Virus record (IMG/VR): IMGVR_UViG_3300033567_000021
From: a virus
Strand: one strand, 5' to 3'
DNA: 64,000 bases
A program made the position numbers and the translations under genes. The notes below the pieces were generated by a model. The model ran no database searches, was not told the origin of the DNA, and saw only the letters and a list, made by a program, of their open reading frames with translations. Shown piece after piece: positions 36,780-46,266 of this stretch; positions within the stretch are counted from its first letter, which is position 1, and every line of letters starts with the position of its first letter.

Positions 36780-37765
36780 AAGGGTGCTGCTCCCACCGCG
36801 GTTCCACTGGTCTCTGGTTCAGCTACCTGCTCGTCGTCATTCGTTTGTTGGTCGGTGAACTGATAATCGATATCAATCGTCTTCTTGTTTGCGTTCTCGG
36901 CAATCTCTTCGTTCACCCGAGCCTCTTCTGCATCGCCTTCAAGCTGACTCAGTCGCAGATAGTCATCGTCGATTTTTTGGCTGTCAATCGTGATGTCAGA
37001 GAACGCGGCACGATACAGAGTTTTGTAGACCATCTTTTCGTACCAGCCATCGACTTTTTCCTTACCGACCTTTTTCCCGTTCTCCCAGACGTCTTTCTCG
37101 CCACCCCAAAACTCAACCGAAGCATGAGCGGGTTTACGCTTTTCGATTTCTTTCAGGCTCATGACAACCAGCTTGTTTTTCTCTGGTGCATCGCTGTAAA
37201 TGTGGTAGTAGAAACCGCCGACGACGTCACCGCGGTCAAAGTCATTCGTGACTTCGAACTCATAGGCTTCGTACTTGTTGTGGATGTCCTTTTTAATGGA
37301 CTTGAATCGGTCATTGGAGTAAACCACTTCAACGACAACATGGTCAGGTACGACTAGACCGTACTTGGTTGCTTTGAGCTCGATACCGCGATATCCCTCG
37401 ATGAAAACAATGTCGTACTTGTTGAGCGTGTTGTTCTTAAACGGCATCATGTTGATGTGATTCTTTTGCGCTGGGTCGAAGCCGACACGCGCCATTGCGA
37501 CAACGTCACGGGCCAATTTCTCCATGTTCACGTTTTGCCACACGACAGGTAGCTGTTCTTGGTTCTGACGCTTCTTTTGGCGCTTCTCTTCAGCCATCTT
37601 CAAGGCAGCGTCAGTCGCTATAAAGTAGTTCCCGACGAGACGTTTTTGAAAGTTCGTGAGCGCAATATGTCCAGCGCCACCACCGAATTCAGCCATGACA
37701 CGATTCGTGAATGCTTCAGACGCAGTCATGCGTTTCGGTGCAATTTCGGTTTCTTTAATAGCCAT
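36776..37765 (-). CDS. recT: RecT-family single-strand annealing protein
   Basis: IEGYRG, GGFYY, KPAHAS.EFW, MVYKT; ATG 37765 with RBS GGAGG. Confidence 0.8.
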   Translation of the reverse strand: MAIKETEIAPKRMTASEAFTNRVMAEFGGGAGHIALTNFQKRLVGNYFIATDAALKMAEEKRQKKRQNQEQLPVVWQNVNMEKLARDVVAMARVGFDPAQKNHINMMPFKNNTLNKYDIVFIEGYRGIELKATKYGLVVPDHVVVEVVYSNDRFKSIKKDIHNKYEAYEFEVTNDFDRGDVVGGFYYHIYSDAPEKNKLVVMSLKEIEKRKPAHASVEFWGGEKDVWENGKKVGKEKVDGWYEKMVYKTLYRAAFSDITIDSQKIDDDYLRLSQLEGDAEEARVNEEIAENANKKTIDIDYQFTDQQTNDDEQVAEPETSGTAVGAAPF

Positions 37766-37766
37766 A

Positions 37767-39743
37767 TCAGAAAGCCTCCTGTTGGTTGATTGGTGGTTCG
37801 ACTCGTAACTGCTTGTCCTTCGCCGAAACAATGAGACTAATCAGTTGGGATTGTGTATCAATCAACTGGACAACAGATTCACGGTTATCCACGAAAATCG
37901 GTGCTTGAATTCCGTAGTGAACTGAAAGCGTGTTAATGATGTCGAGACCGACATTGATGCGTGCAGCGTTGTTGAGACCACTGCCGTAGGGCACGCCTTG
38001 GTACAAGGTCTCGCATGTTTCCGCCAGTCCACCGTTGATTTGGGTATTGAACAACAAAAACCGCGCGTGTTTGAATTTGCTGTTGATACGTTCCTCGAGC
38101 ATGCTGACCTTCGTTCGCACGAATTCCTCCGTCAGGTTCAGTTCTTCCTCGAGGCGTTCGTACTCCGCGGCGAGCTTACGCTCCTGTACCTTCAGCTCGT
38201 TGATACGGCCGTCGAGCGCAGTGATTTGCGCGAATGTCGCGAACTGCGTCTCGAGTGCACGAAGCGCATCACGTGCGTCTATCAGCTCATTGCGTACACG
38301 TTCCACTTCGCCGAGCACAGATGCGCGAATGCCGAGCAACTTGCTCCTCACTGCCGCCTGTTCGTCTTGCTTCGCGATGTAATCCGGATGCGACGTTGCA
38401 GACTGGGTATGCAAACTCATGCTGTCGAGCTGTTCCTTGGCTGTGCGGTACGTCTCAGTTGAGGAAGCATGCTTCTGACGAAGTACATCGAGTTCATTAC
38501 GGATTTGCAGACTTTCGACATCCAGACGATCCGACTCTGTCTTCGCAGCGACACCGTTTTGGGTGATGCGCTCCAGACGTTCTGCCTTGCGTCGATTGAA
38601 CTCGGCGAGCGCCTTGTCATGGGCTGCCTGAACTTGGTCGGACGGAAGGGCCTGTCCACACGCGGCACAAGTGTCGTCGTGTTGGGGAACGAATTGCTCG
38701 GCATTCACCGATACCCACTCATCACGCAAACGTTGGGCTTCATTGCGTTTCTCACCGATAAGTTGAGCGTTCACTAGTAGCTGGCGGTCGCGGCGACGGA
38801 TTTCGTCTTCGAATTTGTTCATGTCGTTTTCGAGTCTCAGGACCAGTGCGCGTTGTTCAGTGACACCCTCCATTGAGGAAGATTCAACGCGGTTTCGAAT
38901 CGCAAGTAGCTCGCCCTCGATTTCGCGCAGACTATTCTCCTGCACGGTGATTTCGCCGCCCGACTTCAACCGGTTGAGTTCGGCATCCAGGGCATCCACT
39001 TGGGCGCGACGAGCGGTGATTGACCTTTGCAGTTCCGACTCCTTAACCCCGTCAACGTTTGGCTTGGAGCGTTCCGCCTCGTCTATACGGACTGGAATCT
39101 TATCGAGTTCCTTGTTGATTTCCGTACGTCTCGCGGCAATAATCTTGCGGTACTCATCGATTGAATGGTCAGCTAAGATAGAAGGCAGTTTCGCCAGTGC
39201 ATCGTTTCCCGCGATTACCTCGGAGTCCGCCACGTCACCGCAAATGTCGAGCAGTGTCTTGCGCCGGTCCTGCCAATTAAACTGCTCGTTGAAGTAACTC
39301 GGACTGGTCAGCAACTTGAAAATCCGTTCGTCCACGATTTCATCAACCCGATCCTTGAACTCCTTGAGTTTCACGGGCACGCCGTTGATGAAGTAATCTG
39401 TGGTGTGACCAGAGAATTCGGATGACGCGGATCCACGTTTCTTGGTCCACTTTTCAGTGAATACCTTGCGGAGCGTAAGCGGCCGACCATCGATTCGTAA
39501 CGTCCCCTCGACCTCATGGTCCAACCCTTTGAACGACTGCCCGTTCACGTCAAGTGTTTTGATGTCGAAGTCCTTGCGGTTGGCAGAATCCTTGTCGAAC
39601 AGCAGCCACATGAAGGCGTCGAAGATAGTCGTCTTTCCGGTGGCGTTGTCGCCGTAAATTTCAGTGACCTTCGAAAAATCAATGGTCAGGTTGCGGATTC
39701 CCTTAAAATTTTTAAGCGTCAATTGCTCAAGCGTGATCTCCAC
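37767..39743 (-). CDS. SbcC/Rad50-like AAA ATPase with long coiled coil
   Basis: LKNFKGI, GDNATGKTT, CAACGQ zinc hook, LNNAARINVGL, PIFVDNRES. Confidence 0.9.
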   Translation of the reverse strand: MEITLEQLTLKNFKGIRNLTIDFSKVTEIYGDNATGKTTIFDAFMWLLFDKDSANRKDFDIKTLDVNGQSFKGLDHEVEGTLRIDGRPLTLRKVFTEKWTKKRGSASSEFSGHTTDYFINGVPVKLKEFKDRVDEIVDERIFKLLTSPSYFNEQFNWQDRRKTLLDICGDVADSEVIAGNDALAKLPSILADHSIDEYRKIIAARRTEINKELDKIPVRIDEAERSKPNVDGVKESELQRSITARRAQVDALDAELNRLKSGGEITVQENSLREIEGELLAIRNRVESSSMEGVTEQRALVLRLENDMNKFEDEIRRRDRQLLVNAQLIGEKRNEAQRLRDEWVSVNAEQFVPQHDDTCAACGQALPSDQVQAAHDKALAEFNRRKAERLERITQNGVAAKTESDRLDVESLQIRNELDVLRQKHASSTETYRTAKEQLDSMSLHTQSATSHPDYIAKQDEQAAVRSKLLGIRASVLGEVERVRNELIDARDALRALETQFATFAQITALDGRINELKVQERKLAAEYERLEEELNLTEEFVRTKVSMLEERINSKFKHARFLLFNTQINGGLAETCETLYQGVPYGSGLNNAARINVGLDIINTLSVHYGIQAPIFVDNRESVVQLIDTQSQLISLIVSAKDKQLRVEPPINQQEAF

Positions 39744-39957
39744 TGTTTGTATCCCCTCTCATAGTCTTTTGACATGCACTACAACGTCCGTCCTGCATCT
39801 CATCGACGCGTGAAAACTCCCAGCACCCCAAGCACGCGCTGTATTGAGATAAGCATGTGTCGCACACAAGGACTGATTTTCCATGGAGCCAGACATCATG
39901 CAGCTCATCCACAGCGATAGCCTCGCTACAGTCGTCGCAATTACGGAACCCATTCAC
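39727..39957 (-). CDS. Small Cys-rich hypothetical protein
   Basis: Four CxxC pairs; coupled overlaps. Confidence 0.55.
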   Translation of the reverse strand: MNGFRNCDDCSEAIAVDELHDVWLHGKSVLVCDTCLSQYSACLGCWEFSRVDEMQDGRCSACQKTMRGDTNSGDHA

Positions 39958-40232
39958 CGGATAGCGCCCTCCTTATCGAGAGTGCCGATTGGATTACGTC
40001 GGTCGTTGTAGATTGCAAGTTCCGCAAGCAGTGATTTCGTAACGTTTGCCCCGTACTGCAACCGATAGTTCTTAACGAGCTGCAGAACCGCATGTCGCTG
40101 CAGCCATTCCTTGGTTGTCTCCCGAGCAAGTGCCAAAACATCGATGACGGCAAAGTCTGTCTTTATCGTGACCCGTTCCAAGACGCACCCTCCTGTTGTC
40201 AGCGCATCTACGTTGATGTACACTGACCTCAA
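39954..40232 (-). CDS. Hypothetical protein
   Basis: 92 aa, coupled to next gene. Confidence 0.6.
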   Translation of the reverse strand: MRSVYINVDALTTGGCVLERVTIKTDFAVIDVLALARETTKEWLQRHAVLQLVKNYRLQYGANVTKSLLAELAIYNDRRNPIGTLDKEGAIR

Positions 40233-40256
40233 ATGTGTTTTGCAAAGTGCTCTCTG

Positions 40257-40565
40257 TCAGAGGTCCAGTCCGACAGAGAGTTTTTTCATTTGGATTGCAA
40301 TAGCGTCTCTGCGTCGCTCAAAATCTCGTGCGGCTGATTCCCAAACCTCAGCCTGCTTGCGTGATTCCATCCGAAAAGCATGATTCATCTGCTTGCTTTC
40401 TTCCGTCCTGCACTGCTGCCCCTGTTGGTAATACCACGCCACATCCTTGCTCATGTCCTTAAGCAACCCGTAAATCTCGACGATTGCCTTCGACTGTGAC
40501 TCCTGCATTTTTTCGCGTAACTGCGCGGTCAATTGGTGATGAATCGCGAGTGAATATGCATCCAC
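40257..40565 (-). CDS. Hypothetical coiled-coil protein
   Basis: GTG 40565 with GGGGGA RBS. Confidence 0.55.
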   Translation of the reverse strand: MDAYSLAIHHQLTAQLREKMQESQSKAIVEIYGLLKDMSKDVAWYYQQGQQCRTEESKQMNHAFRMESRKQAEVWESAARDFERRRDAIAIQMKKLSVGLDL

Positions 40566-40634
40566 ATTGTGTCCCCCAAACCTTGCACGTTTTGTGCAAA
40601 TACTCCGCACTTTGTGCACCCATCCGTTGCTACA

Positions 40635-40901
40635 CTAGGCATAGAGAACAGGACCTAGTTTTTCGTTTGTCAGGTACCACTCACGCAGTGCCGTAAGCTG
40701 GTCAATCATCCAGTCGATAAGCGGAATGCCGCCGCACACTTCCAAAAGCGTTGCGTATAGCTCGACACTTGACTGGCCGTTCTCTAACCTACTGACTTGG
40801 CTCCGGTCGACATGAGCCATATCCGCAACGTCTTCCTGTGTCAGTCCAGCTGCGACACGTACTATCGTCGCGAGTGATCCTCGTTTCCCTCTCCGCTTCA
40901 A
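40635..40901 (-). CDS. XRE-family HTH protein
   Basis: RVAAGLTQEDVADMAHVDRSQVSRLENG; TTG start. Confidence 0.8.
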   Translation of the reverse strand: MKRRGKRGSLATIVRVAAGLTQEDVADMAHVDRSQVSRLENGQSSVELYATLLEVCGGIPLIDWMIDQLTALREWYLTNEKLGPVLYA

Positions 40902-41115
40902 ATCCCTCTCACCCCCGTATCCCCGTATGCTTGTCCACGTTTTCACCGGCGCGGTAACCGCCGCGCCCATCCCCTCTATTGAAGGAGCAAAATTCGTGAC
41001 ATTTACCGAACGCTTAGACGCGCATGTTGAACTGTTGCAGACAATCCTCGTAGACCTCTCCGAAGTGCTGACCGAACGATTTGACGGAGTAACGATAACC
41101 GTGAACGTTACCGCT

Positions 41116-41304
41116 TCACTCTCCCGTGACTCGGCGGCTTCCATCCGCTAAACACCGAGCCACTGCACGAGCGACCTCTTTGCGTCTCATTACTGCCTCG
41201 GCATCTGACATTGGCGCCGGTGCAATGATGTTGATGGTCGTTCCCCCGACCTGCATCGTGAGCGCGGGTTCCGTCTTCTGCTCAATCGCTATGCTCGGTG
41301 TCAA
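41116..41304 (-). CDS. Small hypothetical early protein
   Basis: VGGTTINIIAP..MS.AE..RR.EV pattern; TTG start with RBS. Confidence 0.55.
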   Translation of the reverse strand: MTPSIAIEQKTEPALTMQVGGTTINIIAPAPMSDAEAVMRRKEVARAVARCLADGSRRVTGE

Positions 41305-41318
41305 ATCCACCACCCCCT

Positions 41319-41528
41319 TTAACAACCTATGATTGATACGGATTGTCCCTTGTCGTTTCGAACATCTTCTTGCCACTCAAAAGCTGTGCAACGGAGCGTG
41401 ATGCCGCCGTAATCGTCCGACTCACCGCTGTCGACGAATGATGCCAACGGACACATGCACTTACCATCGACCGACCACTTGCACGGCGCGGAACATTTCA
41501 AAAACTCACCTCCATGAGAGGTATACAC
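41319..41528 (-). CDS. Small Cys-rich hypothetical protein
   Basis: CSAPC...C.C...C; start uncertain. Confidence 0.45.
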   Translation of the reverse strand: MYTSHGGEFLKCSAPCKWSVDGKCMCPLASFVDSGESDDYGGITLRCTAFEWQEDVRNDKGQSVSIIGC

Positions 41529-41575
41529 GCTCTTACGAGGAATTTATTGGTGCCACCCACTAACTCGCGAAGGAG

Positions 41576-41830
41576 GTGAATTCGTTGACCGATACTCAAC
41601 AACGTTTTCCTTGCCCACAATGCAGTTTCGAAGACCATGAAGCGGATGCAGAATACTGCGAACGATGTGGTGTCCCTCTATACAACGAGTGCGTTAATTC
41701 TTCGTGTACAGCTCGATACGACGATGACCAAGATGTTCATCTATCGCCTCAAGCGGTTTATTGCCCTTTTTGCGGAGAACCAACGTATTACGCCAACAAA
41801 GGAATCTTGACTCCACAGAATGGACAGTAA
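41576..41830 (+). CDS. Double zinc-ribbon protein
   Basis: CPQC, CERC, C..SSC, CPFC; RBS AAGGAGGTG. Confidence 0.75.
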   Translation: MNSLTDTQQRFPCPQCSFEDHEADAEYCERCGVPLYNECVNSSCTARYDDDQDVHLSPQAVYCPFCGEPTYYANKGILTPQNGQ

Positions 41831-42099
41831 TTTCTTTGCCGATTGACACGGAACGCTCGTTTGCATGCAGGGCAACTGTCCAATGTTTTGCCCTGCAAAT
41901 CCTCAAGGTTTGGCGTGTTTTTCCACATCTCATCCAGAAATTCTTGACTCTTGCCACGCAGGTCGACGACGGGCGCATTCCTCCAGATTGCGTCCCACTC
42001 TTCCTTCGGAAACGGCCGTTTCCCCTTCACAATGACTCGTTCTTCATCCATGTCGTCACCTCCATCCACTCGTGTGTTCCGAAGTTCCAAAAAAGTCAC
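41788..42099 (-). CDS. Hypothetical protein with C-terminal zinc ribbon
   Basis: CPAC...CPFC; coupled to cro. Confidence 0.5.
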   Translation of the reverse strand: MTFLELRNTRVDGGDDMDEERVIVKGKRPFPKEEWDAIWRNAPVVDLRGKSQEFLDEMWKNTPNLEDLQGKTLDSCPACKRAFRVNRQRNYCPFCGVKIPLLA

Positions 42100-42326
42100 G
42101 CAGATTCCGAATTTGTGGTAGAATCACGAACAGATAGTTCGTCTAGTTTTATGCCGAAAATTTCAGCCAGTTCAGACGACTTCTCGAGACTTGGGGTTCT
42201 AGCTCCCTGTTCGTAGTGCTGATATGCGCGTACAGTAATGCCCATCAGATTTGCGACTTGTTTTTGAGTCAAGCCTCTGCGCTTGCGGAAGCTTTTGAGC
42301 TTGGCTCCAAGTGAACTCAATTTCAT
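42096..42326 (-). CDS. Cro-like XRE regulator
   Basis: LKSFRKRRGLTQKQVANLMGITVRAYQHYEQG; divergent from repressor. Confidence 0.85.
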   Translation of the reverse strand: MKLSSLGAKLKSFRKRRGLTQKQVANLMGITVRAYQHYEQGARTPSLEKSSELAEIFGIKLDELSVRDSTTNSESA

Positions 42327-42417
42327 CACCACCTTCCACGGGCTATACCTCAAATTGTTCGCCTTACAAGCATCGTACATGAACAATTTGGGGTAGTCAA
42401 GAGCGGAGTGAATTATT

Positions 42418-42867
42418 TTGCCTACCTTTGGTGATTTGTTTTCGAAAGCACGGAAAGACGCAGGAATGACACAAGAGGATGTGGCTCAACGACTTGGAAT
42501 GAGCGTCCGTACCGTCCAGCACTATGAGCAGGACCAACGCACTCCGCCACTAAAAAAGATCCCTGTCATTTGTGAAATTCTCGGTGTTCCACCTACATAT
42601 TTCTCGTTTATTCAAACTGCAGTTAGTGAACAGCACCGAACACCCGATGGGGATTACGTGAATGTGGAACCAAACGTCCATCGAAAAATTCACATTGATG
42701 AAGCCGAGCAAGAGTTTCTCAAATGGGTTAAAGACAACCTTGAGGGCTCGTTCTTCTACGACTTCGAAAAAAGTCCCGAGGACGCAAAGAAACACATGAT
42801 GGAAACGCTTCGGCTGGTGTGGGAGCGAGAGCGCGGACGGAAGCCTGGGCAGAAGCAAGGGGAGTAA
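42418..42867 (+). CDS. CI/ImmR-like repressor
   Basis: RKDAGMTQEDVAQRLGMSVRTVQHYEQDQRTP; no C-terminal S24 domain. Confidence 0.85.
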   Translation: MPTFGDLFSKARKDAGMTQEDVAQRLGMSVRTVQHYEQDQRTPPLKKIPVICEILGVPPTYFSFIQTAVSEQHRTPDGDYVNVEPNVHRKIHIDEAEQEFLKWVKDNLEGSFFYDFEKSPEDAKKHMMETLRLVWERERGRKPGQKQGE

Positions 42868-42888
42868 ACATAAACGGAGGTAAAACCA

Positions 42889-43788
42889 ATGGACCAGTTG
42901 CACGTTCGTGACTTTATATACATGGATGTCGAGAGATTGAAATCAATATTGGCTCAGTTGAATAGAGGTCTTCCTGAACAAAAGTCGACTACCCTAACAG
43001 AAAGCGACAAGGACACCTTTGGTGGTGAAGGTGGATTCCTTAATTTCTTTAAACTAAGCGGAGATAATCAGTATTTGTGGCAGAGTCAATCTACACAAAG
43101 TCAAACTCTTCATGACCACATTTATAATTCCGTTGAGAGTCTGTTAACGCAAAAAAATTTGATAATGGATGTTCCGGGGAACCTAAGCGAAGATGAAATA
43201 AAACAACAAATCGGACCGACGTCATTCGTTCTTTTAAAAGGGAATTGTTACATTAATGATTATTCATTCGTTCAAGATGTTACCGCTAAATTCAACTCCA
43301 TAATGAGTTATTTAGCTAAGGTAGGTGCGGAAAACGAGGCAGCCTTAAGCGGACTTACAGCTTCACAAACCAAAGCTCTTATGATTGAACGCTCTAAGTC
43401 AACCCTGTTACCCGATAATATGGTGAAGTTTATGAATGAATTAATCGAAACATTTTTGAAAGGACGAATCATCATCAAGATTTTGCCTTTTGATAACTCA
43501 CCAATGTTTCGATTTACCGGAATCTTAAAAAAGGATTATTTACGAGAAAATATCCTCGACATAATGTACAAGTTTGGAACTGCCCCGAATCATCCGTGGC
43601 ACATGTTCGCGCAGGTGTCTGCAATTCCAAGCGAAGAACAACAAGGACTAACTATCGCGCCGGGTGGAAATGAATTAGAAACGTTATTCCAATCAATTTT
43701 CGATGGATTTAGAGGGTTTGAGAGGTCAGGATTAACAGTAGCCTTTCCAGAAATAGCGATTACTCCGATCGCTATTTATCGCGAATAG
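42889..43788 (+). CDS. Hypothetical cargo protein (DUF6414-like)
   Basis: RDFIYMDVERLKSILAQL..G, TPIAIYRE; AT-rich. Confidence 0.7.
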   Translation: MDQLHVRDFIYMDVERLKSILAQLNRGLPEQKSTTLTESDKDTFGGEGGFLNFFKLSGDNQYLWQSQSTQSQTLHDHIYNSVESLLTQKNLIMDVPGNLSEDEIKQQIGPTSFVLLKGNCYINDYSFVQDVTAKFNSIMSYLAKVGAENEAALSGLTASQTKALMIERSKSTLLPDNMVKFMNELIETFLKGRIIIKILPFDNSPMFRFTGILKKDYLRENILDIMYKFGTAPNHPWHMFAQVSAIPSEEQQGLTIAPGGNELETLFQSIFDGFRGFERSGLTVAFPEIAITPIAIYRE

Positions 43789-43791
43789 TCG

Positions 43792-43938
43792 TCACCACTC
43801 GTGTTTTTTCTTCATTTCTTCGAAACGCTGACGATTCTCTTTAGCCCGTCTTGATGCACTGACAGCACTCGTGGAACCAACAACTGTCCCTAAGACCAAC
43901 AGAACTGCCAAAACCACAATTATCACTGTCAAAGTCAT
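43792..43938 (-). CDS. 48-aa single-TM peptide (not in ORF track)
   Basis: RBS AGAGGTG; MTLTVIIVVLAVLLVLGTVVG...RRAKENRQRFEEMKKKHEW. Confidence 0.65.
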   Translation of the reverse strand: MTLTVIIVVLAVLLVLGTVVGSTSAVSASRRAKENRQRFEEMKKKHEW

Positions 43939-44025
43939 CACCTCTTTATTCAAACATTATAGACGAAATTAATCGTCTGTGAACGGCTAGTCACGGTTAG
44001 CACAAAAGAAAGTGGGTGATCGCAC

Positions 44026-44988
44026 GTGTACAAAACTAAGAAGCTCCTTACATACGCTGCGACACTCTTCTCCGTTCTTGCCGTCGGCTGTGGTGCCTCC
44101 ACTACCGCTAGTGCGCCGCTGAATGAGAGCTCGCCCTCGCAGAACACATCTGTAGCTGCATCATCGAACGTAACGAAAAATTCAAATGTGACCGGCGGAG
44201 CTCCATCACATGCAACTTTACCCGTCGTCATCACAAGCAAATGCCCATCGAACCCTACGCTTGGCGTTTATCACCCCTACCGGCTCGAAGTTCGCTATCC
44301 ATGCATGACTGTGAGTGGTACCGTGGCCATTGTCCGGCATGAAGCCGACAAAGACTATCACATCAACCTAAAACTCGATTCGCAATATGCGAGTTTAATC
44401 AATGCGCGCAACGTTTCCGGTGAACACGGCGATTTGGTCGTCGAAATCATTGCCATGGAAGACGGACACGTTTCGGTCCCTACCGTTGGCGAGCACGTGA
44501 CAGTCACAGGTCCATATGTTCTTGATAAGGACCACGGCTGGATGGAGATTCACCCAGCATGGTTCGTCAACGGCCAGGGGACCGCAAGTTACACGGGAGC
44601 TGAAGCAGCTGCATCCGTTCAAGAGGCGCTCACAGGTAATGGTGATGAAGGCAGTTATTCACCGCCTCCCTCCTCTTCAACGAGTTTGACGTCGACGAGT
44701 TCCAACACATCCGGTTCCAAATTGGTGATTGTCTCGTCAAACCTGAACGTCACTCCCGGTGAATACGCCAGCGTGACAATTCGTACATCCCCGGGTGCGT
44801 CGGCGTCCATTGAGGTCGACTACGAATCAGGTCCGAGTAAATCGACAAGTCTCTATCCTAAGACTGCCGATTCGGATGGCACGGTCACGTGGCAGTGGAA
44901 AGTGGGCACGCGAACAACGCCCGGTCAGTGGCCGGTCATCATCACGGCGAACGGGCAGACGGTGCAGACGACCGTGAACGTACAGTGA
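44026..44988 (+). CDS. Lipoprotein: OB-fold-like domain + Ser-rich linker + Ig-like domain
   Basis: Lipobox LAVG-C; RHEADKDYHI..LVVEII..DKDHGWMEIHPA; C-terminal beta-rich domain. Confidence 0.8.
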   Translation: MYKTKKLLTYAATLFSVLAVGCGASTTASAPLNESSPSQNTSVAASSNVTKNSNVTGGAPSHATLPVVITSKCPSNPTLGVYHPYRLEVRYPCMTVSGTVAIVRHEADKDYHINLKLDSQYASLINARNVSGEHGDLVVEIIAMEDGHVSVPTVGEHVTVTGPYVLDKDHGWMEIHPAWFVNGQGTASYTGAEAAASVQEALTGNGDEGSYSPPPSSSTSLTSTSSNTSGSKLVIVSSNLNVTPGEYASVTIRTSPGASASIEVDYESGPSKSTSLYPKTADSDGTVTWQWKVGTRTTPGQWPVIITANGQTVQTTVNVQ

Positions 44989-45001
44989 TGAGTCGAAGGA
45001 G

Positions 45002-45220
45002 ATGATTGCAGTGCTTTGGCTGAACATAGACAAGCCGACGAAAACGATAACAGTTCACTCTGTTGAGACCTGTCGGCACGTGCAGGACAGGCATGAAACG
45101 AAGCTCAAGGGTATCGATTGGATGAAGCGCGATGGCGGATGGATGCAGTGCGAGAACTTGAAGGATGTGATTGAGGCAACGAAGGAATTCGAGGGGTACA
45201 CGGTGAGGGAATGTTGTTAA
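45002..45220 (+). CDS. Small hypothetical protein
   Basis: 72 aa, RBS GAAGGAG. Confidence 0.6.
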   Translation: MIAVLWLNIDKPTKTITVHSVETCRHVQDRHETKLKGIDWMKRDGGWMQCENLKDVIEATKEFEGYTVRECC

Positions 45221-45276
45221 AGCCTGGATTCAGACTTCAGCCAACAGACCGATTACGATTACAGCAGGAGGTACTG

Positions 45277-46266
45277 ATGCAACCTATACGGATTGATGTT
45301 GACGTCTTTCTCAAAGAATTAGGGGACGCACATGGTGGACAAAGTCGTCCTGTTCTTGTACTCGGAAGTGATTTCGAGACGTATGTATTAAAAACGCAGT
45401 ACACCCAAAAAGGACACTGGGATGTGATGTTTCTCCAGGAGTTGTTGGCACTTCACATAGCTGAGTTCTTAGGTATACCGACGCCGCAGTGCGCAATAGC
45501 GAATGTCAGCGATTCCTTTTTGAATAAAGCACCTTCGCTTCGCTTTACACACCGGTTTACACAAGGAATTCATTTTGCTAGCCGGTGGCTCGATCAGGCT
45601 GAGAATAATCTGATGCAAGGTTTTCAACAACTTCTTTTGACTGGAAAGCCTTATATCAAGAGAACTTGGACCAGCTTCTTCAGTGGTATATCTAATCCGG
45701 AAGATGCGACCAAGTTAATTGTGTTAGATATTTTAACGGGCAATTTTGATCGATTCGGCAATCATGGTAACCTGTTGATAGCGTCAAGGGATGGAAAGCG
45801 GACTATCTACGCAATAGACCACGGACATTCTTTTTATGGTCCGCGATGGGAACAAACTAAAATTCAGTTTTTAAGTTCACCAAGTACGTCAGATCAATAC
45901 ACGCAATGGTACGCTTCCGAACTTCAACGAAATCGTGGAATGGGCGCTCAGTTTACTGGTTTAGGAACGATATTTAGAGCCTTAGATCAATTCATCAGCA
46001 TCCCGTCTTCATCAAGTAATCCCTTCCTTCCAATCGTACAAAAAATAGGAAAAATTAATGAGGCAACAATCGATATATGGTTTTCTACTGTTCCTGATGA
46101 CTGGTTCATAGATAAACCGACGCAAATCGCTCGTTACAAACACTTTTTACTTCATCAACGCGATTGCGTACCATTGATCCTCGATTTCCTGGCTGCCAAT
46201 GGAGCTTTTGACAATCATTTAGGAGGTGTATTGGAGTGGAACGTAAGCCCTACTGGTACTCCGTAA
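45277..46266 (+). CDS. HipA-like kinase
   Basis: GGQSRPVLV, YVLK, QELLA..IA..LGIPTP, GNFDR..NHGNLL, AIDHG; ATG 45277 with RBS AGGAGG. Confidence 0.85.
   Translation: MQPIRIDVDVFLKELGDAHGGQSRPVLVLGSDFETYVLKTQYTQKGHWDVMFLQELLALHIAEFLGIPTPQCAIANVSDSFLNKAPSLRFTHRFTQGIHFASRWLDQAENNLMQGFQQLLLTGKPYIKRTWTSFFSGISNPEDATKLIVLDILTGNFDRFGNHGNLLIASRDGKRTIYAIDHGHSFYGPRWEQTKIQFLSSPSTSDQYTQWYASELQRNRGMGAQFTGLGTIFRALDQFISIPSSSSNPFLPIVQKIGKINEATIDIWFSTVPDDWFIDKPTQIARYKHFLLHQRDCVPLILDFLAANGAFDNHLGGVLEWNVSPTGTP

Noticed and set aside
40927-41151. Plus-strand 74-aa ORF among early genes
   Set aside because: No clear RBS or motif; antisense to the early operon.
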